In this document: positions 49,376 to 60,001 of the stretch, one piece after another
Position numbering within the stretch: the stretch's first letter is position 1
Layout of the letters: each line of letters begins with the position of its first letter
NCBI GenBank assembly: GCA_047967505.1
Contig: CM106538.1
From: Dipteris shenzhenensis
Lineage: Eukaryota
DNA: 64,000 nt
Direction: 5' to 3' (one strand)
Notes under the pieces: model-generated
What the model was told of the DNA's origin: nothing
The model's input: the letters and a program-made list of their open reading frames with translations, nothing else
The model's database searches: none
Translations under genes and position numbers: made by a program

Positions 49376-49625
49376 CTGGAAAAAGTTTGTAAGTTTGCTC
49401 TTTCTTGTTTTCTTGCTCTTCCTTCCTTGCTTTCTTGATCGTCCTTGCTTTCTTGCTTCAATGAATGAAATGAGTGGAGAATGAATGAAGAAGGAAAACT
49501 ATATATAAGAAAATTTAGGTTTTCCTCTCCTCTCCTATTGGCTTTCCATTCCTCCCCTCTCTCCTATTGGCTTTTCATTTATCCCCTCTCCCATTGGCTC
49601 CTATTACTCCCCCTCTCCCATTGGA
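49376..49625 (-). promoter_or_regulatory. Putative CCAAT boxes, TATA box and non-coding first exon, cassette 2
   Basis: Minus strand: CCAAT at about 49624, 49597, 49570 and 49540; TTATATATA at 49508-49500; TCATTCA runs; donor TCCAG|GTACTT at 49376/49375. Confidence 0.55.
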
Positions 49626-50319
49626 CCCCCATCCCTCATCCCAATCTTCCATTAGCCCTCCCCCCATCCATTTCTTCTCCCTCCCCCATTGCCACCACTC
49701 CCATCCCACATTTCCACCATGTCCCATACTCCTCCCATTTCCCAAAATCCCATATTTCCCCATCTCACCCTCCTCTTTTTCATCCCCTATTAACTCCCCT
49801 CACTCATTTCAATCCCTTATTATCCTACTTCCCTATTACCTTTCCCTCTCCCATTCCATTCTTCCCTCCCCACTCTCACTTCCACTTCCCATTACTCACT
49901 TGCCATTTGAAAACTATTAATATATTATTATACTATTTTTTATACTTATTACCATACACCCCTATTACTTCCCTCTCCCATTCCACTCCTCCCTCCTCAC
50001 TCCCACTTCCACTTCCCATTACTCACTTGCTATACACATTTGCAAACTATTAATATATTATTATATGATTTTTAATACTACTTGCAAACTTACATGTGGG
50101 CAAAATCACAGGTGTCAAAGCGATCCTATTGTGGTCATACAACAACTGTGCTTTTATTCAAGGGCGTATTTATCCTCATCAACAAGCTTATTTACTCAAG
50201 GTATGACGTGCATAATTTGTGCACTAGGTGTTTACTTTGTTGTATCAAAATTGTTTGCCACACACACACACATATACACATACCAAGAATTTTCTAATAT
50301 TATCGCATCTACATTTCTC

Positions 50320-53300
50320 TGATGGGCACAAAACTTTGTACACGCCTCAACCTAGGTCATATTGACTTGCATACAAAGTGGTGCACCCATACCATAAGTA
50401 CTTGTTCGGATAGTACACCTCCAAACGTATTTTTATGACGATTGTGCATAACACTAAGAACAAAATGGTGTATAATGTGAGATCGACTATGCAAAGCATA
50501 TCCAATGGACACAAGACTTTGCACGTTCCTCAACCTAGGCAGTATTGACTTATGTGCAAAGTGGCATCCCCATCCGATAAGTACTTGTTTGAAAAATACA
50601 CCTATGATCGTGTTTTTTGACGGTTGTACATGACACCAAGGCCAAAAATGGTATTTAATACTCAATCTACCATGTAAAGCATATCCGATGCACACAATAC
50701 TTTGCACGTGCCTCAAAAGCAGTGGTATGGTATTCCATGCAAAGTGGAACACCCATTCAATAAGTACTTTTTAGAATATCACACCTAGGACCATGTTTTT
50801 TATTGGTTGTTGTCCATGACACCAAGGCAAAAACGCTGATTTATGCTTAATCGATAATGCAACGCATATGCAATCATCACAATACTTTGCACACATCTCA
50901 ACCTAGGTATTATTGACTTACATGCAAAGTGGTGTGCCCATCCCATAAGTACTTAGTCGAATAACACATCTAGGATCGCGTTTTTTGACGGTTGTGCATG
51001 ACACACAGGCAAAAATAAAGTTTAATGCTTGTTCGGCAATGCAAAGCATATCCGATGGGCACAATACTTTGCACACACCTTCAACTAGGTGGAATTGACT
51101 TACATGCAAAGTGGCACGCCCATCCCATAAGTGCTTGATCGGCTAACATACCTAGCAGCGTGTTTTTTAACGAATGTGCATGACACTAGAGCAAAAATAG
51201 TATTTAATGCTCGATCGACCATGCAAAGGATATCTGATGGGCACAACACTTTTCATATGCCTCAACCTAGGTGGTATACAAATGTTCTCAAAGAGGCACA
51301 CCCATCCGATAAGTACTTGGTCAGATAACACACCTAAGGGCGTGTTTTTTTACGGATGTCCATATCACTAGGGAAAAAATGGTGTATAATGCGTGATCGA
51401 CCATGCAAAGCATATCCGATGGTTACAATAATTTGCACACACCTCAACGTAGTTGAAACAGACTTGTGTGCAAAGTGGAGCCCCCATCTGATAAGTACTT
51501 ATTTGAATAACACGCCTACGGTTGTGTTTTTATATGGTTGTGCATGACACAAAGGCAAAAATGGTGTTTTATGCTTGATCGACAATGCAAAGCATATCCG
51601 ATGGGCACAATACTTTGTACACACCTTCAACTAGGTGGAATTGACTTACATGCAAAGTGGCATTCCCATCGCATAAGTACTTGATCGGATAACACACCTA
51701 GCAGCGTGTTTTTTTACGGATGTGCATGACACTAAGGCAAAAATGGTATTTAATGCTCGATCAACCATGCAAAGCATATCCGATGGGCACAATACTTTTC
51801 CTATACCTTAACCTAGGTGGTATTGAAATGTTCTCAAAGAGGCACACCCATCCGATAAGTACTTGGTCAGATAACATACCTAAGGGCATGTTTTTTTGCA
51901 GATGTGCATATCACTACGAGAAAAATGTTGTATAATGCGTAATCGACCATGCAGAGGATATCCAATGGTGACAATACTTTGCATGCATCTCAACCTAGTT
52001 GAAACAGACTTGCGTGCAAATTGGAGCCCAGATCCGATAAGTACATGTTTGATTAACACACTTAGGACCGTGTTTTTTCATGGTTGTGCATGACATTAAG
52101 GCAACAACGGTGTTTTATGCTTGATCGACAATGCAAAGCATATCCGATGGGCACAATACTTTGCACACACCTTCAACTAGGTGGAATTGACTTACATGCA
52201 AAGTGGCACGCCCATCCCATAAGTGCTTGATCGGATAACATACCTAGCAGCATGTTTTTTTTACGGATGTGCATGACACGAGCAAAAATAGTATTTAATG
52301 CTCGATCGACCATGCAAAGGATATCCGATGGGCACAACACTTTTCCTACACTGCAAGCTAGGTGGTATTGAAGTGTTCTCAAAGAGGCACACCCATTCGA
52401 TAAGTACTTGGTCAGATAACACACCTAAGGGCGTGTTTCTTCGCGGATGTGCATATCACTATGGAAAAAACGGTGTATAATGCGTGATCGACCATGCAAA
52501 TCATATCGGATGGTGACAATACTTTGCATGCACCTCAACGTAGTTGAAACCGACTTGCGTGCAAAGTGGAGCCCCCATGCGATAAGTACTTGTTTGAATA
52601 ACACACTAGGGACCGTGTTTTTTCATGGTTGTGCATGACACTAAGGTAAAAACGGTGTTTTCGGCTTGATTGACAATGCAAAGCATATCCGATGGGCACA
52701 ATACTTTGCACACGCCTTCAACTAGGTGGAATTTACTTACATGCAAAGTGGCACTCCCATCCCATAAGTGCTTGATCGGATAACATACCTAGCAGTGTAT
52801 TTTTTTACGGACGTGCATGACACGAGCAAAAATAGTATTTAATGCTCGATCGATCATGCAAAGGATATCCAATGGGCACAACACTTTTTGTACACCTCAA
52901 CCTAGGTGGTATTAAGGCACACCCATCCGATAAGTACCTGGTCAGATAACACACCTAATGGCGTGTTTTTCTGCGGATGTGCATATCACTAGGGAAAAAA
53001 TGGTGTATAATGCGTGATCGACCATGAAAAGCATATCCGATGGTGACAATACTTTGCATGCATCTCAACCTAATTGAAACAGGATTTCGTGCAAACTAGA
53101 GCCCCATCCGATAAGTACTTGTTTGAATTACACACCTAGGACCGTGTTTTTTCATGGTACACTAAGGCAAAAACAGTGTTTTATGCTTGATCGACAATGC
53201 AAAGCATATCCGATGGGCACAATACTTTGCATGCATCTCAAACTAGTTGAAACAGGATTTTGTGCAAACTGGAGCCCCATCCGATAAGTACTTGTTTGAA

Positions 53301-56300
53301 TTACACACCTAGGACCGTGTTTTTTCATGGTACACTAAGGCAAAAACAGTGTTTTATGCTTGATCGACAATGCAAAGCATATCCGATGGGCACAATACTT
53401 TGCGCACACCTTCAACTAGGTGGAATTGACTTACATGCAAAGTGGCATGCCCATCCCATAAGTGCTTGATCGGATAACATACCTAGCAGCGTGTTTTTTT
53501 TACGGATCTGCATGACACTAGAGCAAAAATAGTATTTAATGCTCGATCGACCATGCAAAGGATATCCGATGGACACAACACTTTTCAACCTAGGTGGTAT
53601 TGAAATGTTCTCAAAGAGGCACACCCATCCGATAAGTACTTGGTCAGATAACACACCTAAGGGCGTGTTTTTTTGCGGATGTGCATATCACTAGGGAAAA
53701 AACGGGGTTTAATGTGTGATCGACCATGCAAAGCATATCCGATGGTGACAATACTTTGCACGCACCTTAACCTAGTTGAAATGGACTTGCATGCAAACTG
53801 GAGCCCCCATCCGATAAGTACTTATTTGAATAACACACCTACGGCCGTGTTTTTATATGGTTGTGCATGACACTAAGGCAAAAACGGTATTTTATGCTTG
53901 ATCGACAATGCAAAGCATATTCGATGGGCACAACCTTCAACTAGGTGGAATTGACTTACATGCAAAGCGGCACTCCCATCCCATAAGTGCTTGATCGGAT
54001 AACATACCTAGCAGCGTGTTTTTTTGCAGATGTGCATGATACTAGAGCAAAAATAGCATTTATTGTTTGATCGATCATGCAAAGGATATCCGATGGGCAC
54101 AACACTTTTTGTACACCTCAACCTAGGTGGTATTGAAATGTTCCCAGAAGTACTTGGTCAGATAACACACCTAAGGGCGTGTTTTTTTGCGGATGTGCAT
54201 ATCACTAGAGAAAAAATCTCGGGGGGGTCACTCATCATATGTAACCCTATCACGTGAGTTCAACAGAAGGATATTTTTTATTCCTAAAATTTACAGAAAT
54301 AAATATACATAAGGGAATATTTAAAATAGTTTTGGAAAAAAATTACAAATTTGTATAGAAAAGGGGTACATTTTATAAATGAAAAAATTTACAGATAAGG
54401 GATTTTAAATATAGGCCTTGAACGCACGTGATATAGAGGGTTTATACATAGTGACCCCCCCGAGGAAAAAATGGTGTATAAGGCGTGATCGACCATGCAA
54501 AGCATATCTGATGGTGACAATACTTTGCACGCACCTCAACGTAGTTGAAACGGACTTGCGTGCAAAGTAGAGCCCCCATCCGATAAGTACTTGTTTGAAT
54601 AACACACCTAGGATCGTGTTTTTTCATGGTTGTGCATGACACTAAGGCAAAAACGGTGTTTTATGCTTGATCAACAATGCAAAGCATATCCAATGGGCAC
54701 AATACTTTGCACACACCTTAAACTAGGTGGAATTGACTTACATGCAAAGTGGCACACCCATCCCATAAGTGCTTGATCGGATAACATACCTAGCAGCGTG
54801 TTTTTTTACGGATGTGCATGACACTAGAGCAAAAATAGTATTTAATGCTCGATCGACCATGCAAAGGATATCCGATGGGCACAACACTTTTTGTAAACCT
54901 CAACCTAGGAGGTATTGAATTGTTCTCAATGAGGCACACCCATCGGATAAGTACTTAGTCAGATAACACACCTAATGGCGTGTTTTTTTACGGATGTCCA
55001 TATCACTAGGGAAAAAATGGTGTATAATACGTGATTGACCATGCAAAGCATATCCGATGGTGACAATACTTTGCATGCAGCTCAATGTAGTTGAAACAGA
55101 CTTGTGTGCAAAGTGGAGCCCCCATCCGATAAGTACTTATTTGAATAACACACCTACGGCCATGTTTTTATATGGTTGTGCATGATACAAAGGCAAAAAC
55201 AGTGTTTTATGCTTGATCGACAATGCAAAGCATATCTGATGGGCACAATACTTTGCACACACCTTCAAATAGGTGGAATTGACTTACATGCAAAGTGGCA
55301 TTCCCATCGCATCAGTACTTGATCGGATAACACACCTAGGAGCGTGTTTTTTTACGGATGTGCATGACATTAAGGTAAAAATGATATTTAATGCTCGATC
55401 GACCATGCAAAGCATATCCGATGGGCACAATACTTTTCCTACACCTTAACCTAGGTGGTATTGAAATGTTCTCAAAGAGGCACACCCATTCGATAAGTAC
55501 TTGGTCAGATAACATACCTAAGGGCATGTTTTTTTGCAGATGTGCATATCACTACGGGAAAAACGTTGTATAATGCATAATCGACCATGCAGAGCATATC
55601 CGATGGTGACAATACTTTGCACACATCTAAACCTAGTTTTAACAGACTTGCGTGCAAACTAGAGTCCCCATCCGATAAGTACTTGTTTGATTAACACACT
55701 TAGGACCGTGTTTTTTCATGTTTGTGCATGACACTAAGGCAAAAACGGTGTTTTATGCTTGATCGACAATACAAAGCATATCCGATGGGCACAATACTTT
55801 GCACATACCTTCAACTAGGTGGAATTGACTTACATGCAAAGTGGCACATCCATCCCATAAGTGCTTGATTGGATAACATACCTAGCAGTGTGTTTTTTTA
55901 CGGATGTGCATGACTCGAGTAAAAATAGTATTTATTGCTCGATCGATCATGCAAAGGATATCCTATGGGCACAACACTTTTTGTACGCCTCAAGCTAGGT
56001 GGTATTGAAACGTTCTCAAAGAGGCACACCCATCCGATAAGTACTTGGTCAGATAACAAGACTAAGGGCGTGTTTTTTTACGGATGTGCATATCACTAGA
56101 GAAAAAATGGTGTATAAGGCGTGATCGACCATGCAAAGCACATCCGATGGTGACAATACTTTGCATGCACCTTAACATAGTTGAAACGGACTTGCGTCCA
56201 AAGTGGAGCTCCCATCCGATAAGTACTTGTTTGAATAACACACCTAGGACCGTGTTTTTTCATGGTTGTGCATGGCACATACCTTCAACTAGGTGGAATT

Positions 56301-58470
56301 GACTTACATGCAAAGTGGCACTCCCATCCCATAAGTGCTTGATTGGATAACATACCTAGTAGCGTGTTTTTTTACGGATGTGCATGACACGAGCAAAAAT
56401 AGTATTTATTGCTCGATCGATCATGCAAAGGATATCTGATGGGCACAACACTTTTTGTATGCCTCAACCTAGGTGGTATTGAAACGTTCTCAAAGAGGCA
56501 CACCCATCCGATAAGTACTTGGTTAGATAACACACCTAAGGGTGTGTTTTTTTGCGGATGTGCATATCAGTAGAGAAAAAATGGTGTATAAGGCGTGATC
56601 GACCATGCAAAGCATATCCGATGGTGACAATACTTTGCATGCACCTTAACATAGTTGAAACGGACTTGCGTCCAAAGTGGAGCTCCCATCCGATAAGTAC
56701 TTGTTTGAATAACACACCTAGGACCGTGTTTTTTCATGGTTGTGCATGACACTAAGGCAAAAACGGTGTTTTATGCTTGATCGACAATGCAAAGCATATC
56801 TGATGGGCACAATACTTTGCACACACCTTCAACTAGGGGGAATTGACTTACATGCAAAGTGGCACGCCCATCCCATAAGTGCTTGATCGGATAACATACC
56901 TAGCAGCGTGTTTTTTTATGGATGTGCATAACACTAGAGCAAAAATAGTATTTAATGCTCGATCGACCATGCAAAGGACATCCGATGGGCACAACACTTT
57001 TTGTAGTTGAAACGGACTTGCGTGCAAAGTGGAGCCCCCATCCGATAAGTACTTGTTTGATTAACACACCTAGGACCGTGTTTTTTCATGGTTGTGCATG
57101 ACACTAAGGCAAAAAGGTTGTTTTATGCTTAATCGACAATGCAAAGAATATTCGATGGGCACAATACTTTGCACACACCTTGAACTAGGTGGAATCGACT
57201 TACATGCAAAGTGGCACTCCCATCCCATAAGTGCTTGATCGGATAACATACCTAGCAGCGTGTTTTTTTACGGATGTGCATGACACTAGAGCAAAAATAG
57301 TATTTATTGCTCGATCGATCATGCAAAGGATATCCGATGGGCACAACACTTTTCGTACATCTCAACCTAGGTGGTATTGGAATGTTCTCAAAGAGGCACA
57401 TCCATCCGATAAGTACTTGGTCAGATAACACACCTAAGGGCGTGTTTTTTTGTGGATGTGCATATCACTCGAGAAAAAATGGTGTATAATGCGTGATCGA
57501 CTATGCAAAGCATATCTGATGGTGACAATACTTTGCACGCACCTCAACGTAGTTGAAATGGACTTGTGTGCAAAGTGGAGCCCCCATCCGATAAGTACTT
57601 GTTTGAATAACACACATAGGGCTGTGTTTTTATATGGTTGTGCATGACACTAAGGCAAAAAGGGTGTTTTATGCTTGATCCACAATGCAAAGCATATCCG
57701 ATGGGCACAATACTTTACACACACCTTCAACCAGGTGGAATTGACTTACATGAAAAGTGGCATTCCCATCGCATAAGTACTTGATCGGATAACACACCTA
57801 GCAGTGTGTTTTTTTTACAGACGTGCATGACACTAGAGCAAAAATAGTTTTTAATGCTCGATCGACCATGCAAAGCATATCCGATGGGAACAATACTTTT
57901 CCTATGCCTTAACCTAGGTGGTATTGAAATTTTGTCAAAGAGGCACACCCATCCGATAAGTAGGACTTGGTTAGATAACATACCTAAGGGTGTGTTTTTT
58001 TCCAGATGTGCATATCACTATGGGAAGAACGTTGTATAATGCGTAATCGACCATGCAGAGCATATCTGATGGTGACATTACTTTGTACGCATATCAAAAT
58101 ACTTGAAACGGACTTGCGTGAAAAGTGGAGCCCCCATCCAATAAGTACTTGTTTGATTAACACACTTAGGGCTGTGTTTTTTCATGGTTGTGCATGACAC
58201 TAAGGCAAAAACAGTGTTTTATGCTTGATCGACAATGCAAAGCATATCCGATGGGCACAATACTTTGCACACACCTTCAACTAGGTGGAATTAAGTTACA
58301 TGCAAAGTGGCACACCCATCCCATAAGTGCTTGATTGGATAACATACCTAGCAGGCTCGTGTTTTTTTACAGATGTGCATGACACTAGAGCAAAAATAGT
58401 ATTTAATGCTCGATCGACCATGCAAAGGATAACTTGGCATGTCCATCTGATGAGTACTCGATCAGATAAC
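50320..58470. repeat. Satellite array: ~182-bp monomers in a ~546-bp trimeric higher-order repeat
   Basis: The anchor CAACTAGGTGGAATT recurs at 51082, 51628, 52174 and 52719 (spacing 546, 546, 545). Three alternating monomer types share ATGCAAAGCATATCCGATGG and CATCCGATAAGTACTTG. About 43 monomers. Confidence 0.95.
54218..54464. mobile_element. 247-bp MITE inserted in the satellite
   Basis: Perfect 15-bp TIR CTCGGGGGGGTCACT, extending imperfectly to ~45 bp with ATCACGTG.GTTCAA; AT-rich interior; 8-bp TSD GAAAAAAT at 54210-54217 and 54465-54472. Confidence 0.92.
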
Positions 58471-58595
58471 TTCTCCCACCAATAAATTAAGTACTAATTA
58501 AAAATTATAATAAATGAGTAGATTATTAAAAAGAGACTAATATTTATGTAATTGTTGCTATTGCAACTTGCTTGCGAAGGACTCTCACAAAGGAG

Positions 58596-60001
58596 ATGGC
58601 TATAGATTTTTTTCCAGGGATGGATGTGATTTTATGTAGCAAAAGAGAAGTAGTTGCATTTGCTACAATCCATGATAGTGATCCCAATTCAGTTTGCCAC
58701 TTTCGAAGACTTGGCGAAGATAAGGTGGCAGTTACTGTATCAAAGATTCTTAGCGCACATGTTGAGCTAAAGTATAAATGTGGAGATATGGAAACACTTG
58801 GAGATGTTATGCCCTACAATACATCCAACAAATCATTTATAGCATGGGACAAAGATGAGACTTATGCAACAGACATTATCAAGAATACAAAGTGCACCAC
58901 CTTGGATTTTACTATAGGGGACATTTTGCAAATGAGATCATTTGCAAATAAGACTGTAGCAGAAGGTGAAGTATTGGGATTTGAATAAGGGAGCAATGGT
59001 CATTTGCACAGATGAGGATTCTAAAAGTCACTGATGATGGTATGGTTGATAACATAACATCCTTATGTAATCCCTACTATGAGGTAGGCAAGAATATGAG
59101 ATGGAGCATGCAATTTTCAAACATGAGAAAGAGGCACGTGGTTTTCAATGATAAAGACAAGGTATACTACAATATCAAAGGACCTAAAATGCGTGCCCAT
59201 GTGCCAGGCTCTATCACTTCAAATGTGGATGATTTCAATATACTCAATTATAGAAGTGACATCTTATTTGGAGTGGATGAGTTCATTGGTTCTGAGAAAC
59301 AAAATGATTTTAGAAGTGAAGCCTTATCTGGGGGTGGATGAGTTCTTGCACAGTGAGAAGGGCAAAGGTTTCAATAGCGATGTCTTGTCAAGTGTGGATG
59401 AGTTCATGCATATTAACAAACCTGGTGTCAATCAAGCTTGTGGATTTGTGAAAGCCATGCAAGATGTCCCAATGAGTGATGTTCTCTCAGGAGTGGAAGA
59501 GTTTCAAGGTTCTCAATACTCTCGTAGAATATTGAATTCATTGAATGGTCCTAAGAGTATGTCAAAAACAAGGATGAGATCAATAGAGGGTTATTCAATA
59601 TTTAACTTTGATTGTGATATGGACAAGGATGCAACGACCAATCATGGATGCTTGGCTACAAACAAATGTGAGGAGAAGAAGTGCATAAATACAAATAACA
59701 ACGTGCACGCGGAAAGAAAATGGTCATACATATGCATGAAGAGAAAGCGAATCCAGGCAGATCCATAAAAGCAACCAAAGAGGAAGAGAGTAATGAAGGA
59801 GGAGAACATGTTAAATGCATTGGGATATCTATGTTGCAAGCGAAGATGTATGCGCTTCATTGATCTTGCAGACATCAGGGAATGTAGAGGACACGTGTGG
59901 CAAAGAAGAGGAAGCGAAAGAAGTGAATGCCTTCTCACAAGTCTCTCTTGCTTTCTTCAGAATGGCAATAAAAGGCTAAGTTCAAGACAAAAGGTAAAAC
60001 C
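58596..60001 (+). pseudogene. Transposon-related protein, decayed and interrupted by Copia: Tnp1/En-Spm-like (Transposase_23-like) domain(s), peptide repeats and a Cys motif
   Basis: VILCSKREVVAFATIHDSDP..CHFRRLGED.VAVTV...METLGDV...FIAWD fits the Tnp1/En/Spm pattern. A second weaker copy (KTVAEGEV...RW) follows, then four S[DE].L.[GS]V[DE]EF repeats and LCCKRRCM..I..CR..VW. Two frameshifts and two stops. Confidence 0.6.

Noticed and set aside
47326-49461. Long Pro-rich and Gly/Arg-rich ORFs resembling extensins or formins
   Set aside because: ORFs are open in nearly all six frames because the C/G-skewed repeat lacks stop codons; there is no signal peptide or codon structure.
50320-58470. 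CRISPR-like array, 5S rDNA array, or repeated 60-85-aa Cys-rich ORFs
   Set aside because: Whole monomers are repeated with no unique spacers and no cas genes. I saw no 5S-like sequence. The ORFs are by-products of the repeat, with variable stops.
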